Positions 20,902 to 31,241 of a stretch of DNA of 64,000 nucleotides are shown piece after piece. The notes beneath the pieces are model-generated. The model was not told the origin of the DNA. It worked only from the letters and a program-made list of their open reading frames with translations, and searched no databases. The translations under genes were made by a program, and so were the position numbers. How positions within the stretch are numbered: the first letter of the stretch is position 1; each line of letters starts with the position of its first letter. The stretch is from Methanocaldococcus indicus. Its GTDB lineage: Archaea > AGJL01 > Methanococci > Methanococcales > Methanocaldococcaceae. The stretch is taken from NCBI RefSeq assembly GCF_049554935.1, contig NZ_CP186926.1:1280001-1344000 (forward strand), written 5' to 3'.

Positions 20902-21759
20902 TTATTTTTTAGTTTCTTCTATAATCATATTTAATACTTTTTCAGGAATATCATTGTATATTATTGATGCTCCTTTCCATGAAGGAGTAGAATTAACCTC
21001 CAAAATATATGTTTTGTCTCCTTCCAACAAATCAATTCCACCATAATATAAATTAAAAGCTTTTTTAACCTTGTAGCATATCTTTCTCATCTCTATATCT
21101 AACTCACAAATCTCCACTCTCCCTCCTAATGATATATTATTTTTCCAGTTATCTCCACCTATCCTATATATTGGATAAAGTTCATCTCCAACAATAAAAA
21201 CTCTTATATCTCTATAATCATCATATTTGCACTCAACAAATTTTTGAATATAAAATGTAGTATATTTCTTTTGAAACTCTTCTAAATCTTTTATCTTTTT
21301 TGTTATTGAATGTTCTTTTTTTAATCTTATAATCCCCTCTCCCCCACTACCAAATAGTGGTTTTATAACAGCATCTTCAAGATAATCAATAATCTTTAAA
21401 GCTTCTGATATATTCTCAGTTACATATGTCTCTGGGTGTGGAATATCTAACTTTTTAAACATTATTGAAGACAAAAACTTATTTGATGCTAAATTTATTG
21501 TTTCATAAGGATTAACAACAAAACAAAACTCTTCCAAAAATTTTAAAATATCAAATCTAAAAAAGCTATCATATCCAAGGTTTCTAACAAAAATAGCATC
21601 TAAATGTTTTAAAGATAGCTTATAATGATAAACATTATCTAAATCAGTAACTATATTTTTAGGATTGATAACATGATAATCAATATCTTTCTTTTTACAA
21701 ACATCTATTAGGTCATTGACTACATTGTCTCTTTCTATTGTTAATATTCCCAACCTCAT
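20902..21759 (-). CDS. mptN: Tetrahydromethanopterin:alpha-L-glutamate ligase (RimK ATP-grasp)
   Basis: KPLFGSGGEG, RDIRVF, WKNNISLGG, EVNSTP; resembles MJ0620. Confidence 0.75.
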   Translation of the reverse strand: MRLGILTIERDNVVNDLIDVCKKKDIDYHVINPKNIVTDLDNVYHYKLSLKHLDAIFVRNLGYDSFFRFDILKFLEEFCFVVNPYETINLASNKFLSSIMFKKLDIPHPETYVTENISEALKIIDYLEDAVIKPLFGSGGEGIIRLKKEHSITKKIKDLEEFQKKYTTFYIQKFVECKYDDYRDIRVFIVGDELYPIYRIGGDNWKNNISLGGRVEICELDIEMRKICYKVKKAFNLYYGGIDLLEGDKTYILEVNSTPSWKGASIIYNDIPEKVLNMIIEETKK

Positions 21760-22226
21760 TATTTCCCTTTGTATATTCCATTATAAATATTTGATTTTTC
21801 ACATCTTACAAAAACAATCTGGCAAATTCTTGCAAACTTATGTATTTTTATATCTCTATATACTTTTAATAGATATTCTGGATATCCTTCATATCCAGGG
21901 TCATGGACAGCTGAGTAAATAGTGGCTCCCATCCTTAACAAAGAACTTCTTGGATAAACAAATCCTGCAACATTCTGAGGAATTTTTAAGTAATCATATA
22001 CTTTAACTAAGTACTCTCCTCTCTTTAATAGAATATAATCATCTTTTTCAGAGTTAAATATCTCCTTATAGTTTGGAAGTTTTCTTTTTTCATTTGTAAA
22101 ATCTATTTCTCCACCATCTTCTATTTCAAAAATTTTCCAAACTCTTAAATCAACTCCACACTGCTGTACTTGTTTGTTATCCAAGTTCTTAAAAAAATTT
22201 TTTATTTCATCAATAGATACAATCAT
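21759..22226 (-). CDS. dut: Archaeal dUTPase (dCTP deaminase/dUTPase family)
   Basis: [30 protein letters not shown]. Confidence 0.85.
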   Translation of the reverse strand: MIVSIDEIKNFFKNLDNKQVQQCGVDLRVWKIFEIEDGGEIDFTNEKRKLPNYKEIFNSEKDDYILLKRGEYLVKVYDYLKIPQNVAGFVYPRSSLLRMGATIYSAVHDPGYEGYPEYLLKVYRDIKIHKFARICQIVFVRCEKSNIYNGIYKGK

Positions 22227-22831
22227 GGTATCAGCTTTTTCTCTACAACTCTACCTCTTGGCTCTACTTCCTCAAAAATTTGAGCTTGGAATCTGTATAT
22301 TTTTACACCATCTAACAGCCAAGCATCTGGTGGTAAGCCAGCTTTCAAACATAGATGAGCTAAAAACTCTTCTACATCCCAGCCATACTCAACAGGAACT
22401 TGTGGAAGTAATAGACCTCTATATGGCCCATATTCAATAATTAAGCCATCTCTACCAATAACTATCTTCTCTAAATACTCTTTTGGATGATTAACTTCTA
22501 TTAGTTCTGGTTTTGTTAAAATACTTACTTCAACAACAATACCATCCATCTCATCCAAAGTTACTGGTGGAAATCTTGGGTCTCTTGTAGCAGCTGAAAT
22601 AGCAGCTTCTTTTAAAGCTTCAATTAATGGAAGAATTGGTTCAGGAAAGCCAATACATCCTCTTAGTTCTCTATCTGGATATGTATGTAGAGAGCAAAAA
22701 CATCCTCTTTTTTCATTAAAAACTTCTGGATAATCTTCAATAACTAAATCTTCTCCTTTTAAATAACTCTCTATAACAGCTCTTGCAAATTTAACAGCAA
22801 AAGTTCCCTCTTCTAAGGTTAATAATCTCAT
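22223..22831 (-). CDS. AMMECR1-domain protein (TIGR00296-type)
   Basis: LRGCIG, DPRFPPV, EVSILT, GLLLPQV, CLKAGL. Confidence 0.92.
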   Translation of the reverse strand: MRLLTLEEGTFAVKFARAVIESYLKGEDLVIEDYPEVFNEKRGCFCSLHTYPDRELRGCIGFPEPILPLIEALKEAAISAATRDPRFPPVTLDEMDGIVVEVSILTKPELIEVNHPKEYLEKIVIGRDGLIIEYGPYRGLLLPQVPVEYGWDVEEFLAHLCLKAGLPPDAWLLDGVKIYRFQAQIFEEVEPRGRVVEKKLIP

Positions 22832-22850
22832 TCTATCACCAAAATTTAAA

Positions 22851-22904
22851 GCTCAGTCGTCCCAGGCATCATCATAAATCAGCCTATAACCCTATCATCA
22901 TCGC
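22851..22904 (-). ncRNA. Box C/D methylation-guide sRNA
   Basis: GCG-AUGAUGA(C)-UAGGGUUAUAGG-CUGA(D')-UUU-AUGAUGA(C')-UGCCUGGGACGA-CUGA(D)-GC, with two 12-nt guides. Confidence 0.92.
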
Positions 22905-22916
22905 ATAAATAAAATT

Positions 22917-23576
22917 TTATTGATAAAGATATTTATAAACTACTCCTAAAAATTCATCTACTTTCTTATAATCTTTTTTTCCTTTTTCACTTTCTAAGGA
23001 TGATGAGACATCTATACCATAAGGTTGAACTTTTTTAATAGCATCAACAACATTATTCTTATTTAATCCACCAGCTAAGATTAATGGCTTATCTATATTC
23101 TCCCTAATTTTTTTAGAAACTTCCCAATTGTGGGTTTTACCTTCAATTTTTATATTTTCAATTTTTGTATCTACTAAAATAGCATCAACATATTTAGAAT
23201 AGCTTTTAGCTATTTTGATAATCTCATTTATATCTAAATTATCATCTTTTGGAATATGCAAAGCTTTGATTATTGGGATATTAACAATCTTCTTTAAATT
23301 TTTTATAAATTCTATATCTTCATAACCATGGAGCTGTATAGCAGAAGGCTGTAATTCTTTATATACATTAACAACATCTTCAATAGAGGAGGGCATTAAA
23401 ACAGCTACCAATGATGTGAAAATTGGCACATAATTTTTTAAAAAAATAGCTTTATCTAAACTTATTTTTCTTGGAGTTTTTATGGGGACATCTATAATAA
23501 AACCAATAGCATGAACTTTTTTAGAAATATATTGAACATCTTCCTTGTTTGTTAAACCACAAATTTTTATCTTTAT
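22917..23576 (-). CDS. trpF: Phosphoribosylanthranilate isomerase (N-terminus extended to a putative ATA start)
   Basis: In-frame IKIKICGLT upstream of the tracked ORF, plus QLHG, ILAGGL, GIDVSSSLE. Confidence 0.9.
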   Translation of the reverse strand: MKIKICGLTNKEDVQYISKKVHAIGFIIDVPIKTPRKISLDKAIFLKNYVPIFTSLVAVLMPSSIEDVVNVYKELQPSAIQLHGYEDIEFIKNLKKIVNIPIIKALHIPKDDNLDINEIIKIAKSYSKYVDAILVDTKIENIKIEGKTHNWEVSKKIRENIDKPLILAGGLNKNNVVDAIKKVQPYGIDVSSSLESEKGKKDYKKVDEFLGVVYKYLYQ

Positions 23577-24097
23577 TTGTATTCACCTTTCTGATGTTGT
23601 AGAATTCTTTTTTTTGCTTTATCTTGAGAATCCTCTGAGAGAGTTTCATTAATTATAGATAAAAGATACTCTACTAAATCTTTTAATGTAGCAATTAGTT
23701 CAGGTGTAACATCAATTATATCATCTTTTGTAATCACACCTTCTATCTCCCCATTTTCATTAATAACAAAAATCTCTTTAGCTTTTTTATCTTTCATTAG
23801 CTTTATAACATCTTCTATAGATGTCTCTGGAGGTACTGTAACTATATTGTTTGATGCTATTTCAGAGGCTTTTACAGCTTCTGGAGGTAGTTTCTTTACT
23901 AAAACTTTGTTTAAAATATCATCAGTACGAGCTACTTTAATATTTTTATCTTTTGTTGATACTACAATAACACTACATCTTTTTTCATCAACTAACAACT
24001 TAGCTAAGTCATAAACAGTAATATCCCCACTAACAACAATAGGCTCTTTCATTATAACAAATGCTGGGACTGTTCCTACCATTAAAATCTTCCTCAT
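23573..24097 (-). CDS. CBS-domain pair protein
   Basis: Two CBS repeats (EPIVVSGDITV, NIVTVPPETSI, GVITKDDI). Confidence 0.8.
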   Translation of the reverse strand: MRKILMVGTVPAFVIMKEPIVVSGDITVYDLAKLLVDEKRCSVIVVSTKDKNIKVARTDDILNKVLVKKLPPEAVKASEIASNNIVTVPPETSIEDVIKLMKDKKAKEIFVINENGEIEGVITKDDIIDVTPELIATLKDLVEYLLSIINETLSEDSQDKAKKRILQHQKGEYK

Positions 24098-24205
24098 TAC
24101 AAATGATTTTAAATAGGTAATATAACATTTTTAATAACTTAAAGTAATATAAATGATATTAAACTTAATAGTTAGATAATCTATATAAAAATTAGGGTAT
24201 GTGTA

Positions 24206-24901
24206 ATGAAAGTGGATTTACATGTGCATTCTTGGGTTAGTAAATGTTCATTGAATCCAATATTTATATTAAGGAAGAAATGTAAAAAGTTAGGAATAAC
24301 TCCAGCTATATGTGACCATAATAAGCTCACTAAGTTAGATTTTGCAATTCCAGGAGAAGAGATAGCTACGAACAAAGGAGAGTTTATAGGCTTATTTATT
24401 GAAGAAGAGATTCCAAAAGGTTTGGATTTATTTGAGGCAATGGATAGAGTTAAAGAGCAATCTGGCTTAATTATCTTGCCTCATCCATTTGACTATAAAA
24501 GAAAGAGGAGTTTAGCAAAGTTTAATGTTGTTGAAGATAAAGAATTTTTAAAAAGAGTTGATATTGTTGAAGTGTTCAATAGTAGATGTAGAGATTTAAC
24601 ACCCAATATAATGGCATTGGAATATGCAAAGAAACATAAATTTGCAGTTTCTTTTGGTAGTGATGCTCATTTTCCATGGGAGTTAGGGAATGTATATATA
24701 AAATTGGATATAAATGAAATTGAACCTAAAACACTACTTAAGGGTTTAAAAGAGGTTAGTAAATATTTATTTAACTATCAAGACATATACACAAATCCAT
24801 GGAAATCAAAATATTTCTTTGGAAAACTTGGAAATTGCAAAAATATAGAATTATATAGTAAGATATTAAAAAATATCAGAAATTTAAGGTTTTCTTTTTA
24901 A
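24206..24901 (+). CDS. PHP-domain metal-dependent phosphoesterase
   Basis: DLHVHS, ICDHN, PHPF, EVFNSR, GSDAH. Confidence 0.9.
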   Translation: MKVDLHVHSWVSKCSLNPIFILRKKCKKLGITPAICDHNKLTKLDFAIPGEEIATNKGEFIGLFIEEEIPKGLDLFEAMDRVKEQSGLIILPHPFDYKRKRSLAKFNVVEDKEFLKRVDIVEVFNSRCRDLTPNIMALEYAKKHKFAVSFGSDAHFPWELGNVYIKLDINEIEPKTLLKGLKEVSKYLFNYQDIYTNPWKSKYFFGKLGNCKNIELYSKILKNIRNLRFSF

Positions 24902-25456
24902 TCTATGCCCACAATATGGACAAACCAACCAATCTGGTTGTATTGGCCTCTTACAATTTGGACATCTTAGTTCTTCTTCAACCTCTTCTTTTAATTTTAC
25001 TCCACAGTGAGTACAGTATAACCAAGTGTCAAAGATGTATTTATTACAATTCTTACATCTTCTTACTTCTTCTTCAAATACCATTTTGTCTATTTCTGCT
25101 CCACAATTAGCGCAGTATTCCCAACCTAAATCAACAGGATTCTTACAGTTGTTACAAATAGGAACATAAGTTGTGAATTTAGCTCCAAGAGCTTTTTTTA
25201 GCTTTTCCAAAGTAATCATTGCTTCTCTTCTAATAACTTCATCAGGGTCATATTCAATAATATGATTTAATAGAGTAATAATTTCATTCAAAGTATTTTT
25301 ATCATAAGCATCCATATAAAGTATTGCTTCAGGTCTATTTTCACAAATTTCTTGTAATTTTCTTAAGGTTATTAATCTTGTTCCTGGAACAGAACTTCTT
25401 AATCCTGCAATAATACTCATTTTTTCTTCTTCAGATAGTGGGATTATATAAACCAT
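24884..25456 (-). CDS. HEAT-like repeat plus three double zinc-ribbon (DZR) protein
   Basis: DPDEVIRREA HEAT-like motif and three CxxC...W..CxxCG units. Confidence 0.75.
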   Translation of the reverse strand: MVYIIPLSEEEKMSIIAGLRSSVPGTRLITLRKLQEICENRPEAILYMDAYDKNTLNEIITLLNHIIEYDPDEVIRREAMITLEKLKKALGAKFTTYVPICNNCKNPVDLGWEYCANCGAEIDKMVFEEEVRRCKNCNKYIFDTWLYCTHCGVKLKEEVEEELRCPNCKRPIQPDWLVCPYCGHRLKRKP

Positions 25457-25458
25457 AT

Positions 25459-25929
25459 TTATCTCACCTGATATTGTATTTTATCATTGACCCATAAACT
25501 TCCTAATTTCTCAGCTCTATCAAACAAGTATAATGTTGCAGTAGCTATCTCATCCTTGGACATATCTAATAGCCCCACAAGTTTTGCATCTCTCCTATCT
25601 ATCTTAAACTTATAATATACAATAGGATTTCCTGAATTGTTATAATAACAAATTATCTGAACTTCATCTGCATTTGTATTTTTAAAAACATAATATGTAA
25701 TCATCAATATTTTATACTTTGTGTCTATATCCAAATTTCCAGGTATTATCTTTGGATTTAATTTATTTATCATTTGATAGACAATTATAACATTTTTCCC
25801 ATCTATTGTCGTATTTTGGATTTTAACTACATTGTATTCCTTGTATAAAATGTCAGGGTATCCTGGATTTAAACAGCCTAAGAAAATTGTAGTCACTAAA
25901 ACCAATACAATAAGATATTTACTGTTCAT
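25459..25929 (-). CDS. Putative lipoprotein
   Basis: Hydrophobic N-terminus ending FLGC lipobox. Confidence 0.65.
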   Translation of the reverse strand: MNSKYLIVLVLVTTIFLGCLNPGYPDILYKEYNVVKIQNTTIDGKNVIIVYQMINKLNPKIIPGNLDIDTKYKILMITYYVFKNTNADEVQIICYYNNSGNPIVYYKFKIDRRDAKLVGLLDMSKDEIATATLYLFDRAEKLGSLWVNDKIQYQVR

Positions 25930-26136
25930 AAATAATTACCCCACACATAATGTATTAGTAAATCCTACCTACTCTTAATATTTTAGTGCTAAATACTATA
26001 AAATCCTTATTTTTTATCTCTTAAACGTATATTTGTTGAACTTGTATAGGCAAAAATTTTTATATGCAATATAATTAATTAACATTAACATATAAATATC
26101 AGATATTAGATATGAACAACCGTACATATCACTTAG

Positions 26137-27162
<1,026 letters not shown>

Positions 27163-27164
27163 TT

Positions 27165-27911
27165 ATGGGAAAAATAAATTATTTTGATATATTAATAATC
27201 TTTTTATCAACTATTATTTTTATCTTTATACTCTTACCTATTCTTAACTTACTTATAAATCATGGTGATTTTTCATATATTGATGAGGAAGTGTTAGATG
27301 CATTTAAAACAACTTTTTTAGCTGGATTTGTTGCTACATTTATAGCTTTAATTTTTGGTATCCCAACAGGCTATTTTTTGGCAAGATACAACTTTAAATT
27401 TAAAAGTGTTTTTGAGGCTTTAATTGATATACCTATAGCTATCCCTCATAGTGTTATAGGAATTATGTTACTATTATTAATTTATGGAATTAATTTTTTC
27501 AAACTTTTGGGTAATTATATTGTAGATAACTTTTGGGGGATTGTATTAGTTTATCTATTTGTTGGTATTCCTTTTATGGTAAATAGCATTAGAGATGGAT
27601 TTTTAAGTGTAGATGAGGAATTAGAATATGTATCAAGGACATTAGGAGCCTCTAAAATAAAAACTTTCTTTAATGTTTCTCTACCTCTAATAAAAAACAA
27701 TATTGTTTCAGGATGTATTTTATGTTTTGCAAGAGGTATAAGTGAAGTTGGAGCTATTCTTATTATTGCATACTATCCAAAAACAATTCCAGTGTTGATA
27801 TATGAAAGATTCATTAATTTTGGATTGCCTGCATCAAAACCTATAGCTGCATGTATGATTTTAGTTAGTATATTACTATTTGCTATATTAAGAGGAATAA
27901 CCAAAAGGTAG
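27165..27911 (+). CDS. wtpB: Tungstate ABC transporter permease
   Basis: DIPIAIPHSVIG, EAA-like SRTLGAS, FARGISEVGA. Confidence 0.9.
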   Translation: MGKINYFDILIIFLSTIIFIFILLPILNLLINHGDFSYIDEEVLDAFKTTFLAGFVATFIALIFGIPTGYFLARYNFKFKSVFEALIDIPIAIPHSVIGIMLLLLIYGINFFKLLGNYIVDNFWGIVLVYLFVGIPFMVNSIRDGFLSVDEELEYVSRTLGASKIKTFFNVSLPLIKNNIVSGCILCFARGISEVGAILIIAYYPKTIPVLIYERFINFGLPASKPIAACMILVSILLFAILRGITKR

Positions 27912-27915
27912 GAAT

Positions 27916-28803
27916 ATGCTTATAGTTGAAAATTTACATAAAAAATTTAAAAATTTTGAACTTAAAAACATCTCTTTTAAGCTTAATAAAGAGTATTGTA
28001 TAATTCTTGGTCCAAGTGGTGCAGGAAAATCAATTCTATTGAAATGTATTGCAGGAATACTTTATCCAGAAAAGGGTAGGATATATTTAAATGGAGATGA
28101 TATAACTCACTTACCACCAGAAAAAAGGAATATTGGATATGTTCCTCAAAATTATGCTCTTTTTCCACATAAAAATGTTTATAAAAATATTGCTTATGGA
28201 TTGATAATTAGAAAAGTAAATAAAATTGAAATTGAAAAAAAGGTAAAAGAAATTGCTGAATTTTTAAATATTTCTCATCTTTTAGATAGAAAGCCAAATA
28301 CTTTAAGTGGAGGAGAACAGCAGAGAGTGGCATTAGCAAGGGCTTTAATTTTAAAACCTTCTATTTTATTATTAGATGAACCTACATCAGCAGTAGATAT
28401 TAAAATTAAAGAGGAAATTATAGCTGAGTTAAAAAAAATAGATTATATTCCTGTTATACATATAACACATGATTTAGCTGAAGCAAGAACATTAGGTAAA
28501 AAAATAGGTATATTTATAGAAGGAGAACTTTTAGCTTTTGGAGGCAAAGAAGTACTAAAAAAACCAAACAATAAAAAAATAGCTAAATTCTTGGGCTATA
28601 ATATTGTTGATAATAAAATAATTCCACCAGAAGATGTAATTTTAACTGATGGAAAAGATTGTAAAATAACTAATGTTATTGATTATGGATTCTATAAGAA
28701 GGTTTTTGTTGAATATAACAACACCATAATTGTAGCATATACCAATAAAAACTATAATATTGGAGACTATGTGAGTGTCAGTTTTAAAGATTTAGTTAAA
28801 TAA
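27916..28803 (+). CDS. wtpC: Tungstate ABC transporter ATP-binding protein
   Basis: GPSGAGKS, LSGGEQQR, LLDEP. Confidence 0.9.
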   Translation: MLIVENLHKKFKNFELKNISFKLNKEYCIILGPSGAGKSILLKCIAGILYPEKGRIYLNGDDITHLPPEKRNIGYVPQNYALFPHKNVYKNIAYGLIIRKVNKIEIEKKVKEIAEFLNISHLLDRKPNTLSGGEQQRVALARALILKPSILLLDEPTSAVDIKIKEEIIAELKKIDYIPVIHITHDLAEARTLGKKIGIFIEGELLAFGGKEVLKKPNNKKIAKFLGYNIVDNKIIPPEDVILTDGKDCKITNVIDYGFYKKVFVEYNNTIIVAYTNKNYNIGDYVSVSFKDLVK

Positions 28804-28811
28804 ATATAAAA

Positions 28812-29558
28812 TTAATTGTCATACTTTACACTTAATTTATCATTGATTTCTCCTTTTCTTATAACTTCAAACAACTTACTAACAGATTCATTTGGTAACA
28901 CAATTAAAACATCAAAACCAGCACCTACATCACATACATATAATGAAGATTTAAAGGCCATAATGATATCATCATTCTTTATATTATTTTCATTAAAAAT
29001 TTTGTCTAATAGTTCATTACCCTTTCCTTCACAAAACTCTGGTGGTGACATAGTTAGAGATGTTTTCATAAAATTAGCAAATGAATCAACATATGCAGAT
29101 ATTAATATATTACAAATTTCATTAATAGCAGATATTTTCATTTCATCAAACTCATCTCCTTCAGCTTCCATACCCATTCCTGCCAACATTGCCCTAGATA
29201 AATTTAATGCAGAATCTCTTGAAAATATTAGAACTCCGGTTCCTTTAATATCCCCATTAAAATTAATTTTTGTTATTATTTTTTCATCTTCACCAAATTC
29301 CTCTTTTATTTCCTCAGGGGTTGCTAATCTTATATTAAAGACTTTTAGCTCAGAATTGTATCCTGTCATATCTGTTATAAATTTCATAGCCTTTTCAGAT
29401 GCATATTTTCCTACATCTTCAATTTTAGCTAAACAATCTAAGTCAAAATTATCAGCTAAGCCCCTATCTTCCATATTTTCTCCTAATGTCTTTTCAACAA
29501 TTGATTTAACAATAATTTCCAAAGATTTTTCAGAAATTTCAACATTTCCAATTTTCAT
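28812..29558 (-). CDS. cheC: Chemotaxis phosphatase CheC
   Basis: SAINEICNILISAYVDSFANF...MSPP CheC motif; adjacent to cheY. Confidence 0.85.
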   Translation of the reverse strand: MKIGNVEISEKSLEIIVKSIVEKTLGENMEDRGLADNFDLDCLAKIEDVGKYASEKAMKFITDMTGYNSELKVFNIRLATPEEIKEEFGEDEKIITKINFNGDIKGTGVLIFSRDSALNLSRAMLAGMGMEAEGDEFDEMKISAINEICNILISAYVDSFANFMKTSLTMSPPEFCEGKGNELLDKIFNENNIKNDDIIMAFKSSLYVCDVGAGFDVLIVLPNESVSKLFEVIRKGEINDKLSVKYDN

Positions 29559-29609
29559 AATATTCTCACTTAATTTAAGTTATTTCTAAAGGGAAAAAAG
29601 AGAAAATTT

Positions 29610-29987
29610 TTATTCATCAGGGAATAACTTATTTAGCTCTTCTAAAACCTTCTGAGCTTGGAATGGTTTAACAATATATCCATCAGCTCCAGCTTCTATA
29701 GCTTCAATAACTTTCTGTTCTTGGTCAATAGATGTACACATGACAATTTTAACATCAGGTAGTATTTTCTTTATTTCTCTTGTTGCAGTTATACCATCCA
29801 TCTCTGGCATAACAATATCCATAGTTATTAGGTCAGGTTTTAGTTCTTTTGCTTTTTCTATAGCCTCTTTTCCATTGGAAGCTTCACCTACAACTACAAA
29901 TTTTCCTGTAGGTGTTAAAATCTTTTTTAAAATGTTTCTCATAAAAGCTGAATCATCAACAATTAATGTTTTTACAATTTTTCCCAT
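29610..29987 (-). CDS. cheY: Chemotaxis response regulator CheY
   Basis: IVDDSAFMR, MDIVMP, YIVKPF receiver domain. Confidence 0.92.
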   Translation of the reverse strand: MGKIVKTLIVDDSAFMRNILKKILTPTGKFVVVGEASNGKEAIEKAKELKPDLITMDIVMPEMDGITATREIKKILPDVKIVMCTSIDQEQKVIEAIEAGADGYIVKPFQAQKVLEELNKLFPDE

Positions 29988-30107
29988 AAATTTCCCACCT
30001 CAATAATAATAAATATCTCTACTAAAATTATTAAAAGTAATGTATATTATATGGTTATAAATAATTTATGTTTGTTATCTATTTTGTTACTTTATTGAGG
30101 GATAATA

Positions 30108-31217
30108 ATGTATGAGTTTGCTATTGGACCAGTACATCCTACTATGTTAGAACCCCATAGATTAAGGTTATTTATTGAAGATGAAACTATAAAAGATGCT
30201 GAACTTGTTATAGGAACTAATTTTAGAGGAATAGAATTAATTATGGAAGGACTACCTCCTGAAAAAATAAATATTATTGCTGAAAAAGTTTGTGGTATTT
30301 GCTCACATATTCATGTTTGGACTTGTGTTAAATTAGTTGAAGAGGTATGTAACATATATGTCCCAGAAAGAGCTGAGTATATAAGGGCAATTGTTGAAGA
30401 GTATGAGAGGATTCATAGTCATATGTTGTTTTTAGGCCATATATTAGAGGTTATAGGATTTGAAACCTTGGCTTATAGAACTTTTATGATTAGAGAGCCA
30501 ATAATGCAATCTCTTGAAATGATAACTGGTAATAGAGTTCAAAATTCATGTCCTTTAATTGGTGGAATTAGACCAAGATGTAATATTAAAGAGAGAGATA
30601 TTCCCAAACTATTAGAAAGAATAGAAAAATTTAAAGATGATTTAAAAAAACTCAAAGAAAGAATTTTAAATGACCCTATGATTATGGTTAGAGTTAAAGA
30701 AGTAGGTTATCTTGATAAAGAAACAGCTATGAAATATCATGCATTAGGCCCAACTGCAAGAGCTTCAGGATTAAAATCTGATATGAGAAAACTTGGCTAT
30801 GTCCCAGTTTATAATAACTTTGATTTTGATGAAATTTTATATGATGAAGGAGATGTTTATGCAAGAATATTTACAAGAATTGATGAATGTTTTGAAAGTG
30901 TAAAAATTATAGAGCAAGCACTTAATCATTTAAATGAACTTGATAAAGAATTCTATAATCCAAACTATGAATTAAAAAAATTCAAGCCAAAACACACTTT
31001 TAATGAAGCTCAAAGAGGACAAGTAATGTATTCTTATGGATTAGATGAGCATTTTAGAGTTAGGCAAGTAAAAATTAGGACTCCTACTGCTACAAACTTA
31101 GCTTGTATGGAAAAAATACTTCCTGGACATCACGTTAGTGAAGCAGAGTTAATTATTGTAAGTTGTGACCCTTGCTTTACCTGCACAGATAGGATGATTA
31201 AGATTATTAAAGAATAA
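30108..31217 (+). CDS. Energy-converting [NiFe]-hydrogenase large subunit (probably EhbN)
   Basis: [24 protein letters not shown]; stands alone, as Methanococcales ehb genes often do. Confidence 0.88.
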   Translation: MYEFAIGPVHPTMLEPHRLRLFIEDETIKDAELVIGTNFRGIELIMEGLPPEKINIIAEKVCGICSHIHVWTCVKLVEEVCNIYVPERAEYIRAIVEEYERIHSHMLFLGHILEVIGFETLAYRTFMIREPIMQSLEMITGNRVQNSCPLIGGIRPRCNIKERDIPKLLERIEKFKDDLKKLKERILNDPMIMVRVKEVGYLDKETAMKYHALGPTARASGLKSDMRKLGYVPVYNNFDFDEILYDEGDVYARIFTRIDECFESVKIIEQALNHLNELDKEFYNPNYELKKFKPKHTFNEAQRGQVMYSYGLDEHFRVRQVKIRTPTATNLACMEKILPGHHVSEAELIIVSCDPCFTCTDRMIKIIKE

Positions 31218-31241
31218 ATTTTCAAATTTAGAGGGATTTTT

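Noticed and set aside
26026-26050. Imperfect palindrome CGTATAT-N11-GTATAGG upstream of wtpA (ModE-like operator?)
   Set aside because: Too degenerate in AT-rich DNA to support without comparative data
28816-29589. 257-aa plus-strand ORF
   Set aside because: Antisense shadow of cheC with no motifs; the same applies to other short antisense ORFs such as 34026-34463 and 55714-56100
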